Sequence record: NZ_CP023779.1
Length of the DNA stretch: 64,000 nt
Origin: a plasmid
Reading direction: 5' to 3' (one strand)
Below the pieces are notes generated by a model. That model was not told the DNA's origin. It made no database searches and was given only the letters and a program-made list of their open reading frames with translations. Every line of letters starts with the position of its first letter. Position 1 is the stretch's first letter. The position numbers were made by a program, and so were the translations under genes. Positions 26,451 through 36,257 of this stretch are shown piece by piece.

Positions 26451-28571
26451 GTGGTTCTCCAGGATCGTGTCGAGGCGGTCGAGTTCGTTCTGTTCGCGCT
26501 GGTGGCGGATCGGTGGGGCGAGTGGGTCGCTGATGATTTCGGCGAGTTCGTCTCGGCGCGTGCGGATTTCGGTGATGTCGCGATCGGTGCGGGCAATGTT
26601 GGGGCATCGGGGGCGGCAGTCGCTGATGTCGGGGGTGGTCAGGGGGTCGTCGGCGCTGCCACGGAGTTGGCAGGCGGCCTTGGTGGCGTCGAACACGCAG
26701 GTCATGCCTTTGCCGTGGAAGATCTGGAGCAGCGGGTTGCCGAGCAGGTCGCGGGCGTGCTTGCCGGTGGTGAGCACGTGCCCGGCGAACTGCTTGTGGG
26801 CGGCGGATATCCGCAGCCGGTAGTTGTCGGCGGCGGGTCCGCTGACACGCTCGCCGGTTTGCAATGCTCGGTGGTCCTCGGCGAGTTCGTCGATGCGGGC
26901 CAGGAAATCTTCGAAGGCGTAGTCGTCGGGGAATCCGGAGGCGAGATCACCCGCGTATCCCTGGAAAATGCGGGTTTCGACATGCGAATACTGCAATGCG
27001 CCGGCCACCACGCCGCGCGGCCGCCGCCGCAGAAACCATGCGAGTGTGCGCCGGAACCGGGACATGCTGATGGATCCATGAGGATCGTCCGGGACGCCGG
27101 AGATCCCGCGTTCGAGGCTGTAAGCGTTGACCCAGTCGATGAATGCGGTCAGGTCGACCGCTGCCTGGACCGACGTGCGCGCCTGGCCGACGCGGGTGAT
27201 GACGCTATATCGCTGATGGTCGAACTGGGTCGGAAACAGAACTTCGTGGTCGTGCATGCGCTCGAGGACTGCGACGGCCCGGGCGACCGGTTCAACGACC
27301 ACCCAGGGATCGCGTCGCAGAGCACCTGCGGGAATCTTATTGCCGTCGTCCCCGACGGCGTTTTTGAAGTAGAGCCCGGACATGAGCCAGAGACCGGTGG
27401 CGCTGTCGTAGTCGATGCAGCCGCGGCGGAGATTGAGCACTTCACCGACGCGAGCGCCGGAAAGATACGCGATGATCACAGAACAGGCGGTGCTCAGATG
27501 CCGTGCCAGGACCAGTGATTCGGTGTAGGTGAGCGTCCGGTCGCGCCAAAGACGACCGTCGAGCCGGGCGGTGATGGGCGCCTCCAGATAGGCATCGTCA
27601 GCGATCGGAATGCCGGACTCGAGCAGGAATTTGGCCAGTCCCTTGCGCCTTCGCAGGCCCTGATAGGCGCATTCGAAGATCCGTCCGAGATGCGTCCAGT
27701 GGAGCCCTATGGTGCCGTCGGGCTCTTTCCTGCCCGGCAGCATGCCGCCGGTGCCGCGCAGCCGGTCGACGTATTCGGCGGCGAGCCGGTCGACTTGGCC
27801 CCGCGGTGAGCGGACGAGCCCGGCATCTCGGCGCGGCCGTAGATCTCTGCCCCGCAGGAACATTCGTTCCGCGTGAGCGGCGAGGATGTCCTCGGAGAGG
27901 TCTTCGACGAACCGCAGTGACCACAACAGCAGCGATTGCATCGTGTTCTCGGTGATGCGAGGGGTGAGGTTGTGCCGGTCGCTGACCGACTTTCCGAACA
28001 ATTCGGCGGCGCGGTCACCGCCCCAGGGCATCGGCGGCGGCAGCCGCATGGCTTCGGGGACCGTGCTGCGATACGACCACAAGCGCCGGATATCGGTGAT
28101 CTGCCGGAACTTCCAGCGGACCGGCATGTCGGCGCCGGCGATCTCGATCAGGTAGTCGTCGAGCAATTCGGCGGTGACCTGCCGCAGCTCCGTGATGTGG
28201 TGTTCGTGCAGCCAGATCGTGAATGCGAGCAGCCGCGACCATGCGGTTTTGATGGTGCGAATCGAATATCGGCTGACGGTCGCCCGGTTCATCGGCACCG
28301 GGCAGTCGGTGTTGATCATCTGCCAGATCAGGTGTTTCATCGTCAGCCGCAGCGGGGCGGGGACCATAGCGAAGTTGATGCTGATCGCTTGGGCGTCGGC
28401 TTCGAACACCGCCTCGTTGAGATGCCACCGGTCCTCGCCGAACCGGGACAACGCAGCGGGGTCGGTGCCCGGGACCAGTTCCCTGTCGAACAGCACCAGG
28501 GTGTCGTTGTGCGGCAACGGATTTTCGATTGCCGGATCGGTGTGAGTGACGTTGTAGGCAAGGTGTGTCAT
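26445..28571 (-). CDS. Tyrosine recombinase, third of trio (708 aa)
   Basis: Box I LSGARVGEVLNLRRGCI; box II RFRRTLAWFL...LQYSHVETRIFQGYAG; ATG overlaps the upstream stop (ATGA). Confidence 0.75.
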   Translation of the reverse strand: MTHLAYNVTHTDPAIENPLPHNDTLVLFDRELVPGTDPAALSRFGEDRWHLNEAVFEADAQAISINFAMVPAPLRLTMKHLIWQMINTDCPVPMNRATVSRYSIRTIKTAWSRLLAFTIWLHEHHITELRQVTAELLDDYLIEIAGADMPVRWKFRQITDIRRLWSYRSTVPEAMRLPPPMPWGGDRAAELFGKSVSDRHNLTPRITENTMQSLLLWSLRFVEDLSEDILAAHAERMFLRGRDLRPRRDAGLVRSPRGQVDRLAAEYVDRLRGTGGMLPGRKEPDGTIGLHWTHLGRIFECAYQGLRRRKGLAKFLLESGIPIADDAYLEAPITARLDGRLWRDRTLTYTESLVLARHLSTACSVIIAYLSGARVGEVLNLRRGCIDYDSATGLWLMSGLYFKNAVGDDGNKIPAGALRRDPWVVVEPVARAVAVLERMHDHEVLFPTQFDHQRYSVITRVGQARTSVQAAVDLTAFIDWVNAYSLERGISGVPDDPHGSISMSRFRRTLAWFLRRRPRGVVAGALQYSHVETRIFQGYAGDLASGFPDDYAFEDFLARIDELAEDHRALQTGERVSGPAADNYRLRISAAHKQFAGHVLTTGKHARDLLGNPLLQIFHGKGMTCVFDATKAACQLRGSADDPLTTPDISDCRPRCPNIARTDRDITEIRTRRDELAEIISDPLAPPIRHQREQNELDRLDTILENHR

Positions 28572-30463
28572 CGCAGATCGAGCTCCCGGTTCAGGAACCG
28601 CTCCACCAGGGCGCGGTCGGCGTCACCGATGACGGCGCGGGCATCGGCGATATCGATGTCGTCGTGCTCGCCGAGGAGATCGGCGAGCTGGGCGTGTGGC
28701 AGCCCGTAGCGTTGTGTCCAGGCCAGCGGGGTCATCTCGGCTTTGCGGGCCTCGAGCTGATCGTGGACGAGGATCTGGACCGGCAGATGGTGCGGCATCG
28801 CCCGGGCGCAGGAGCAGCCCAGACATTGCATGAACGAGGCCCGGCATGGCCCGTCCGGCGAAGAGTGCGGGCCGGTGCCGTCATCGGTGCAGGCCGCCAT
28901 CACCGTGTCCAGCTCCCGGGCGATCATGCGTTTGAGCATGGTCGCGTTCACGCCAAATTCGGCGGCGATCGTGTCCGGGTCGCGTGTGGCTCTGGCGAGA
29001 TCGCCGCCGGTGAGGCGGGTCATGACGCCTCGAGTGCGGGCCTTGTCGACCTCCTCGGTCAGCGCCTTGGCAACGACCCTCTGGTAGTCGACGAGACTGG
29101 CGCGGTTGCGGGTCAGATAGTCGTTGACCAGGGTGGTTTCCTGGTGCGCGACGGGCTTTTGATGCAGTTCGAGGTAGGTCAACCGGATCCGGCGCATGTC
29201 GATCTGGAGAGGAATCGGGTTGCCGTCCTCGTCGGTCCGGTCGGACACGAGGTTGTGCTTGCGCGCCCAGGTGGTCAGACAGTTGCCCGGCTGGCTGACC
29301 CGCAGCCCGCGGCCCTTCGCCCGGCCGCCGGTGGCGTGGTAGGAGACGAAGATGCTGTTCGTGCCCGAGATCTCACGAGTGCGTGAGGTGAGCTCGGCCA
29401 GCAGCGCGTAGACCCCGAACGGAGTGTGAAGCTCGTCGCGGGCCGACATCTGCCCGGCATGGTCGGGGACAGTGATCCAATCCGGGACGTCGGACAACGC
29501 CAGGTTCATGTAGGCGTGACGGCCGCGGCGCGGTTTGACGGTGTCGAGGATGGCGGTAGGTGTCTGCCCGGTGTGCCCGTCCGCGCGGTGGTGGGCGACG
29601 GTGGTATTCAGGATCACGCTCGCGTTCTGGCCGGTCATCGCGGCCAGCAGAACCTCACCGGCGAACGCTTCCAACCCGGTCAGATGCAGCTGGCTGATGA
29701 TGTCGATGATCGATCCGACGTGGAACACCCAGCCGAGCGCGGGCTCGAGCGTGCTGTTGTAGCTCGACGACACCGATTCCGGCGCCATGCGGCGCCGGGG
29801 GACGTCGGCGTGCTGGTCGACGTAATCCAGCAACACCAGCTCGCGGGGATCAGTGTCACCCCAGTCCCCGGCGCGGTATCGCTGCAACACCTCCCGGTTG
29901 CCGCGGATCCGTGCAGCGGCAGCACGCAGATCCGCGCGAGCAGCATCGACGATGCGTTTGAACTCGGCCTTGGTGTAGCCAGCCTTGCTGGTCTTGCGGA
30001 TCCGCTTGGGATGCCGCTCCTGCGCCTTGGCCACCACGGCATCGGTGACGCCGTCGGCGACCCGCAACAGCGCCTTGACCTGCCCCAAATCATGGCAGAC
30101 CTCGACACCGGCGTTCAGACGCGCGACGGTGAACCCGTCGATGTGCTCCGGTGCCAGATCGCTCATCGTCTGCGGCGGATCCGGCATCGCCGCCAGATAG
30201 CAGGCGAACGCCCGCACGGAGTAAAACGTGTGTTTGAACGTGCTGAGCGTCGTCAGCCCGTTGCCTGGCGCGGTGCGCCGCGCGAACGCGACCGCCAACC
30301 CTCGCTGGATCTGCGGTGCGACCGGCAGGCGGCCGAGATCGAAATCGGCGAATTCGCTGCCGCCCTGCACGAAACAACGAACCACCAGGCCGCCCTCGAG
30401 AAGACCACGCGCCGTGCCGGATCCGGTGCCCGGGAGAGCGGCCTTGCGCCCTCGCCGGCTCAC
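28568..30463 (-). CDS. Tyrosine recombinase, second of trio (631 aa; size matches Tn554 TnpB-class)
   Basis: C-terminal IDMRRIRLTYLELHQKPVAHQETTLVNDYL (R...H...Y); GTG start overlaps the upstream stop (GTGA). Confidence 0.75.
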   Translation of the reverse strand: MSRRGRKAALPGTGSGTARGLLEGGLVVRCFVQGGSEFADFDLGRLPVAPQIQRGLAVAFARRTAPGNGLTTLSTFKHTFYSVRAFACYLAAMPDPPQTMSDLAPEHIDGFTVARLNAGVEVCHDLGQVKALLRVADGVTDAVVAKAQERHPKRIRKTSKAGYTKAEFKRIVDAARADLRAAAARIRGNREVLQRYRAGDWGDTDPRELVLLDYVDQHADVPRRRMAPESVSSSYNSTLEPALGWVFHVGSIIDIISQLHLTGLEAFAGEVLLAAMTGQNASVILNTTVAHHRADGHTGQTPTAILDTVKPRRGRHAYMNLALSDVPDWITVPDHAGQMSARDELHTPFGVYALLAELTSRTREISGTNSIFVSYHATGGRAKGRGLRVSQPGNCLTTWARKHNLVSDRTDEDGNPIPLQIDMRRIRLTYLELHQKPVAHQETTLVNDYLTRNRASLVDYQRVVAKALTEEVDKARTRGVMTRLTGGDLARATRDPDTIAAEFGVNATMLKRMIARELDTVMAACTDDGTGPHSSPDGPCRASFMQCLGCSCARAMPHHLPVQILVHDQLEARKAEMTPLAWTQRYGLPHAQLADLLGEHDDIDIADARAVIGDADRALVERFLNRELDLR

Positions 30464-31935
30464 CGGGCAGCCCCAACCGGGTCGCTGATCACCCTCGGAT
30501 GCGTCGCCATCGCGTCGGCAACGAACCTGTCGATATCGAATCCTTCGACATGGGCGAGCAGAACCTCCACCGACAAGCTCCGGAACGGCTCTAGGTATAC
30601 GAGTCTGGTCGTCTCGACCCGGCGGTGGCCAAGGACGGTCTGCACGAGGTCCCAGGTGTCGCCGAACTGGTCACGGAAGTCCCGGGACTCCTCTTCGTCC
30701 AGATGACCAATCTGTTTGGCGTAGAACAGTTTCCCCACCGAGAACCATCGCAATGCCGCGCTGTGGCGCGCCATGTGCGCGGTGACGTGGAAGTTGTCCA
30801 GCCCCTGGGCGGCAATACGCTGATTCGCCGTCTCGAAGGTGTGATGCCACCCGTGCGGATCTCGCGGCACCCCGTCCTCGTTCAACCACAACCACACCGG
30901 CTCCAGCCCCGCAGCGGTCTGCCTGAACATCCGACGGCGCAGCAGCGGCGGCACCATCACCCAGTCCCGCACCACCCCCGCGCCGGCCTTCTCGTCAGGA
31001 ATCACCACCGAGCCACGGCGCTTGCCGGTGCCGACCACCATCCGCCCCGGCAACCGCTCGTAAGTCCCGGCCGCCTGAGCATGCCGGACCGCCCGGGCCC
31101 GCGCCCCTTCGACATAGGACCAGACCGCGCTCAACGCCCGCCGTGGAATCCAATACGGGTGCCCATATTCACCTTTCGCGCATTTACCCGCCAGCTCACA
31201 GGTGTAGTACCCGCGTCCGGCTTCCAACGGCGGCAACTCCGGCAAGACCACGCTCGCCCATTCGGTCAGCCGCAAGGCTGTGCCGTAGAGGCCATCGGCG
31301 AACGCCGCGTCACGCTGCTCGTTGCGGCCGCGCCACGACCGATCGTGGCGACCCGACAATTCCCGGCCGCGCAATCCGACATCGCGCCACCGTGCCCACG
31401 CTGCCGGATCCAGCCACTTCACCGACGCCTCACGGCGTGCGGCCGGGAAGTCCACCTCGGCGAACACGTCGAGGACGTCGGTGTAACGCTGGGCGGCCCA
31501 GCCGTAGAACTTCTTGCAGGCCGCGACGTCCTTCGCGAACGTCGAGGTCCGCACCGTCGCCAGGTTCGCCGGATCGGTCAGCCGCCAGAATTCGAACGCC
31601 TCGGCATGCTCATCGTCAGCCTGCCACCAGGCACAACTCCGTGATTCCAGAAAATTCATCCACATCGCCAGCGAGTGGACGTAGGCGCGACGAGTATTCG
31701 CCGCTAGCACTCCGAACCTCGCCGACGCCAAGAACTGGTTCACACGGGGATCCGGAAACCCGTTCGGCCCCAACAAGAACCATTGACCGTGACGGACGCC
31801 CAACCTTCGGGCCCACGAACCCACGTCTCCAGCGATTCCGAACTCGCCCGGCAACTCGGGCCACGGCCGCTCCAGACCGAACTGATGCACAGACCAATGT
31901 CCAGTGCTCAATGCACGCTTCCCCTCTCGGCTCAC
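30460..31935 (-). CDS. Tyrosine recombinase, first of trio (491 aa)
   Basis: HMARHSAALRW and LGHRRVETTRLVYLE catalytic-region motifs; N-terminal SAM-like domain; GTG start uncertain. Confidence 0.75.
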   Translation of the reverse strand: MSREGKRALSTGHWSVHQFGLERPWPELPGEFGIAGDVGSWARRLGVRHGQWFLLGPNGFPDPRVNQFLASARFGVLAANTRRAYVHSLAMWMNFLESRSCAWWQADDEHAEAFEFWRLTDPANLATVRTSTFAKDVAACKKFYGWAAQRYTDVLDVFAEVDFPAARREASVKWLDPAAWARWRDVGLRGRELSGRHDRSWRGRNEQRDAAFADGLYGTALRLTEWASVVLPELPPLEAGRGYYTCELAGKCAKGEYGHPYWIPRRALSAVWSYVEGARARAVRHAQAAGTYERLPGRMVVGTGKRRGSVVIPDEKAGAGVVRDWVMVPPLLRRRMFRQTAAGLEPVWLWLNEDGVPRDPHGWHHTFETANQRIAAQGLDNFHVTAHMARHSAALRWFSVGKLFYAKQIGHLDEEESRDFRDQFGDTWDLVQTVLGHRRVETTRLVYLEPFRSLSVEVLLAHVEGFDIDRFVADAMATHPRVISDPVGAAR

Positions 31936-32038
31936 AACAACGACAGGTAGTTCGGAGCCACAACAGGAAAGTCGCTATAGAACGGGTGAGGGCCCGCGTC
32001 ATGATCCGCGGTGTACGTTCCATCGGCTCGACCCGGAG

Positions 32039-33046
32039 ATGACCGGGCGCGGTGCCTGCGAGGCGGCGATCCGCGAGACGGACGCAGGGGTGTCGATCCG
32101 ATTCGCCGCGCCGCTGGTCAGCAAGCCGTCCGAACCTCGGCAGGCGGTCGACGAGTCGGCCTATCCGGGGTTGGGTCGGCGGTCGCTGGGGTTGCTGGGC
32201 CTGCTGCATTTCCTGTGGGAGGGCGCGAAGTTGTCGGCCTGGTCGGCGAGCTCGCGCTCGCGTAGCTGGGCGACGGTGGCGCGGGCGCTGACCGACCAGA
32301 CTTCGGGATGCACGATCAGCCGTCAGCCTGCCGAGAGCGTGCTCTACGTCGTGCCGCCGTACCGGGCCGAGCTCGCCGAGGCCAATCTCGCCGGGTTCGA
32401 TGCCTTCATGGGCACCCTGCGGGCCGATCGGACGCAGATCCGGCGCGGTTTCGTGCTCGGCGAGCTCAAGGCCGTGCACCCGTCCAAATTCGGTGTGCGC
32501 TACCAGCTGGCGCAGCAGAGCCCGCAGCGACAGGTGTTCGTCGGCGAGCGGCTCGACGCCAAGCTCCGCCGGTCTTATCGCAATGCGTTCTCCGAGGCCG
32601 CGGCCGAGGCGGGCGGCCGCCGGGTCGTGCTGTTCTATATCGAGCGATCCTCGGGCGGGTTCGCGACGGCGGTCGACGCGGCGGTGATGCTGACCAGCGG
32701 CGACTACATCCCCGCTGATTCGTCGTATGAGGTGCGGATGGCCGATGCGCTCGCGGCCGCCGGCCGGAGCTACGTCAAGCCGCTGGCCTTCGACGGTGCC
32801 AGCGGCGACGCGGTGACCTCGGCCGTGTTCCCGGACTTCGTGTTGATCGACCAGCCGAATGCCTACGTCGAAGTGTGGGGCCTACCGGGCCGGGAAAGTT
32901 ACGAGCGCCGCAAGGCTGAGAAGCTGGCACACTACCAACGCACGGCGTCCACGCTGGTGGAATGGATCGTGACCGGCCCGATGCCGGTGCTGGAGCAGGC
33001 TTCTCCAGCGAGCTCGGCGCGGCCCGCGTGGGCCATCGCGCACTAA
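32039..33046 (+). CDS. Hypothetical protein divergent from the recombinase trio (possible PD-(D/E)xK-like C-terminus)
   Basis: VFPDFVLIDQPNAYVEVWG weakly resembles a PD-(D/E)xK core; start chosen at an internal ATG to avoid overlapping the recombinase. Confidence 0.35.
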   Translation: MTGRGACEAAIRETDAGVSIRFAAPLVSKPSEPRQAVDESAYPGLGRRSLGLLGLLHFLWEGAKLSAWSASSRSRSWATVARALTDQTSGCTISRQPAESVLYVVPPYRAELAEANLAGFDAFMGTLRADRTQIRRGFVLGELKAVHPSKFGVRYQLAQQSPQRQVFVGERLDAKLRRSYRNAFSEAAAEAGGRRVVLFYIERSSGGFATAVDAAVMLTSGDYIPADSSYEVRMADALAAAGRSYVKPLAFDGASGDAVTSAVFPDFVLIDQPNAYVEVWGLPGRESYERRKAEKLAHYQRTASTLVEWIVTGPMPVLEQASPASSARPAWAIAH

Positions 33047-33089
33047 AAGGCCGGGTGGATCCGGTGCAGCGGCGAGCAGAATCGAAGGC

Positions 33090-33329
33090 GTGAGCGAGAC
33101 CTCGGCCGCCGACGAGCGCGCCATCCTGACCCGATCACGCGCCGCGCAGGCCGCCTACGCCGCTGGCGACCATGCCACGGCGCACGCGCTCCATGATGAC
33201 CTGGTGGCCCTCTACGGGCTGACCGCCATCGCCACGGTCATGGCGGCGCGATATGACCGTGAGCAACTCGGCATCGAGGCACAGTTGCTCGGCATATTCG
33301 GACCGACGCTGTACGGCGAGAACCGCTAG
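33090..33329 (+). CDS. Hypothetical small protein
   Basis: 79 aa, helical; ATG start. Confidence 0.35.
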   Translation: MSETSAADERAILTRSRAAQAAYAAGDHATAHALHDDLVALYGLTAIATVMAARYDREQLGIEAQLLGIFGPTLYGENR

Positions 33330-33380
33330 CTCTCGAGCTCTCGCGCGTCCGCTCGAGTCGGCGGCTTAGACTTCCCTGCT

Positions 33381-34124
33381 ATGACCTCAGAGCCCACGCC
33401 GGGATTTGATTCATTCGTCACGCGGTGTCGATATCCCGGTCGCGGCATTGCACTCGGTCGCGACGCGGCGGGGGCCGGGTTCGCCGCGTACTGGCTGACC
33501 GGGCGCAGCACGGAATCGCAAGAGCGCCGGATCATCGTCGGCGTAGATGCCCTCGATGTCAGCGACACCGCGTCAGACCAATCCGACCCATTGCGCCACT
33601 ACACCGCGATCATCCGCCTCACAGACCGGATCATTGTCGGCAACGGCACCCAGGTGGGCGAAGTTGCTGGGGATTTCGGCGGCGGTGTTTCCGTATGGGA
33701 GGCGCTGAGCAGGCTCGAATACGAGCCGGATCCGCCGATCTTGACACCCCGGATCACCGCAACCGCGACGGTGACCGGTGATGAGGTGAGGGACGTAATC
33801 CTGTCCGGCGCAGTAGCACACCCTCGGTGGCCGAACACCGCTCAGCACAACATGTTTCACACTCACCGCCTCGAGGTGGGGCAATGCCATGCGATGACGA
33901 CCTACAACGGGGACACCGCAGCGGTGTCGACGAGCGGGCAACCGGCCGCCGTGCAGGTCGATGCGCTGTGGCCGACATTGGCTGAACGCATCTGGGACAA
34001 CCTCGATCCCGCGCTGCGCGTGGCGGTCGCGGTTGTCCCGCTCGTCGGAGACCTGCGCGAAGGCCGGTTTATCGGCGTTCACGAGCCCCACATTCACGCA
34101 GGCACGGGGCGCAGCACGACGTGA
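33381..34124 (+). CDS. Hypothetical protein
   Basis: 247 aa, high GC3; no confident family match. Confidence 0.45.
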   Translation: MTSEPTPGFDSFVTRCRYPGRGIALGRDAAGAGFAAYWLTGRSTESQERRIIVGVDALDVSDTASDQSDPLRHYTAIIRLTDRIIVGNGTQVGEVAGDFGGGVSVWEALSRLEYEPDPPILTPRITATATVTGDEVRDVILSGAVAHPRWPNTAQHNMFHTHRLEVGQCHAMTTYNGDTAAVSTSGQPAAVQVDALWPTLAERIWDNLDPALRVAVAVVPLVGDLREGRFIGVHEPHIHAGTGRSTT

Positions 34125-34951
34125 GAGCCGAACCCGAGGCGTCCCGTCACCGCCTCGGGAAGCCAACGCTGCGCGGTGCGGGAGAACTCGATAGCGCGGT
34201 TGCTCCACGGGATCGCCAGGCTGTCCGGGCTGATCCGTTCGACGTGGAAGCCGGACCATTCGAGCTCCCGCAGCACCACACCGGGGAAGAACCACCGATG
34301 CACAGTGTCGACGCCGAATTCGTCGACGGACTCGGTAACCGACACCCGACCCTGTATCCGCGCTGCCACGGTGCGAACCAGACCGCGAGCGGCCGAGGGC
34401 AGCGAGCCACGACCGAAGACGTAGGGGTCGGTCCCACCACCCATCCGCACCCATGCGGTCGGATTCAGACATGAGGGGAATGCGACGACGCACCGGTCGA
34501 TGGTGTGTTCTCGCAGGAATCCCAGCAGGGCCCGAGGATGGGGCGCGTGCTCTAGGATGTGCAGCGCGGTGACCACCTGGGCCGGTTCGACGGGCAGCTC
34601 CTCGAACCGGCGATTTCCACTGTGCACGAACTCGATTCGACCAGCGTCGACGCCGTTGACCTCGGCGAAGCGTTCCAGTGCAGCGATATGATTGCGCGAG
34701 GGGCTGATGATGGTCACCTGTTTGCCCAGACCAGCGGCAAGGACTCCGAGCACGCCGTCGACCGATGCACCGCGGGTGACATCCATGATGCGGGTGTAGC
34801 CATCGAGCAACGGCAGGATGTTGCCGATCTTCTGCCGGTGGCTGAACTGGTGTATCGGTCGTTGCGACCACCACCGCGATTCCAGTCGTTGCCAAGCATG
34901 GTCGGCGGATTCGGCGTCGACGGCCGCGCCGAACGCGGCGAAGTAGTTCAT
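34094..34951 (-). CDS. Class I SAM-dependent methyltransferase
   Basis: Motif I-like VDGVLGVLAAGLGKQV, and HILEHAPHP as in Methyltransf_11/23 proteins; ATGA-coupled to the kinase gene. Confidence 0.65.
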   Translation of the reverse strand: MNYFAAFGAAVDAESADHAWQRLESRWWSQRPIHQFSHRQKIGNILPLLDGYTRIMDVTRGASVDGVLGVLAAGLGKQVTIISPSRNHIAALERFAEVNGVDAGRIEFVHSGNRRFEELPVEPAQVVTALHILEHAPHPRALLGFLREHTIDRCVVAFPSCLNPTAWVRMGGGTDPYVFGRGSLPSAARGLVRTVAARIQGRVSVTESVDEFGVDTVHRWFFPGVVLRELEWSGFHVERISPDSLAIPWSNRAIEFSRTAQRWLPEAVTGRLGFGSHVVLRPVPA

Positions 34952-35544
34952 GCGTGGCCTTCTGATTCGAGTATCCAGTCGATCACTTCAGTGATCTGCG
35001 CCGGTTGATTGTCGTGGATGGTCAGCACGCCGGGACGGTCGGCGAGCTCGGCGAACGCCTGGTGCAGGGTGGTCAGGAATTCGGGCTGATCCTCGCGGCG
35101 GAACACCGTGTCGCGATCACCCCGGACCCGCTGGGCGATCCGGCCGTCGAGTCGCTGCTGATTGAGGTCCAGGTCCGGCAGTAGCAGCAGCGTCGGCGGC
35201 TGAGCCGGGAGGTGGTCGATGATCTGCCGCAACCTCTTGTGCTGGTCACCGGAGATCCAGCCCAGCCGGGCGTATGCCTCGATGTAAGCCTCGGAGTCCG
35301 CGGCGCCACGGCTGACCAGCACACAGCGACCCGGAACGGGCTCGATGAGCTGGGGCATGACGATGCGGTGGTACAGCCGCAGCAGGCTGCGCTCCCAGTC
35401 CTCGAGCGCGCGGAAAGAACCGAACTCACTCAGGAAGTCGATATCGACAGCCGGGTCGGTGAACCGGTCGTCGGTCAACAGTTTGTCGATCAGATACGTT
35501 TTGCCTCCGCCATGCGGGCCGGAAACACAAACACAGTGCTTCAT
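34948..35544 (-). CDS. P-loop nucleoside/nucleotide kinase-like protein
   Basis: CVSGPHGGGKTYLIDKL Walker A at residue 8; ~198 aa, typical of the NMP/dNK kinase fold; ATGA-coupled on both sides. Confidence 0.6.
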   Translation of the reverse strand: MKHCVCVSGPHGGGKTYLIDKLLTDDRFTDPAVDIDFLSEFGSFRALEDWERSLLRLYHRIVMPQLIEPVPGRCVLVSRGAADSEAYIEAYARLGWISGDQHKRLRQIIDHLPAQPPTLLLLPDLDLNQQRLDGRIAQRVRGDRDTVFRREDQPEFLTTLHQAFAELADRPGVLTIHDNQPAQITEVIDWILESEGHA

Positions 35545-36257
35545 CGTGAAACCTCCTGGAAGAACTCGTATTTCGTCTCGGTGGTGGGTTCCAGTGGCAC
35601 CGGGGAGTGATGTTGGATCCGTTGCGCGGCCCGGCGCACCTGCTCGGCGACCTCGACGAGTGATCCTGGGTCGCGGGCGGCCTCGGAAGCCTCGTATTCG
35701 ATCTCCAACTGCCGCTGAACGCGGTCACCGGCCACGCACACTGTGACCGCGACCGTGTAACAGAACCCGTCCGCGTCGTACGCGAGCACTTTCGACCTGC
35801 GCTTTTCCAGCGGCTCTGACAGTCCGCCGCCGGATTCGGCGGCCCACTGTGCCGCGTCCTGGTCGTAGCGGAAACGCTCGGTGGACACCATCACCGGTGC
35901 GCCGACGGTGTCGACCGTGTGCTGTTTGATCTTCAGCAGGGGCGCGTTGCGCCACGTGAAGTAGGAATACTCCACCTCGGCGCCGGTGTCGTCGCTGCCG
36001 ATCAGGTAGCGGGGGTACACGGTGGTTTCACCGTTACTGACACGGTCGATGAGCAGCGGCGGCAGCTCGCCGAGGATGCGCCACAGCAGTGCGGTGGGGT
36101 CGGTGTCCGGATCGGTGATGGCGAGTTTCGCCTCGACCTCCCAGTCCGGATGCCAATCCCGGTAGCGGCCGGACTGCTTGAGCGTGGTGGTCAGCGTTCC
36201 GGCGACGGCGTGCGCAGCCAGAGCCGGGTCGAGAGCAGGGTTCAGGGCGGTGCTCAT
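35541..36257 (-). CDS. CYTH-like (triphosphate tunnel metalloenzyme) domain protein
   Basis: N-terminal WEVEAKL (ExExK) and C-terminal LEIEYE acidic motif as in CYTH/CyaB/ThTPase enzymes; RBS GAGGAC; ATGA coupling. Confidence 0.45.
   Translation of the reverse strand: MSTALNPALDPALAAHAVAGTLTTTLKQSGRYRDWHPDWEVEAKLAITDPDTDPTALLWRILGELPPLLIDRVSNGETTVYPRYLIGSDDTGAEVEYSYFTWRNAPLLKIKQHTVDTVGAPVMVSTERFRYDQDAAQWAAESGGGLSEPLEKRRSKVLAYDADGFCYTVAVTVCVAGDRVQRQLEIEYEASEAARDPGSLVEVAEQVRRAAQRIQHHSPVPLEPTTETKYEFFQEVSR

Noticed and set aside
26451-31644. Plus-strand ORFs 26451..27518, 29426..30706, 30625..31644 opposite the recombinase trio
   Set aside because: Antisense shadow ORFs. The minus-strand recombinases carry clear catalytic motifs.
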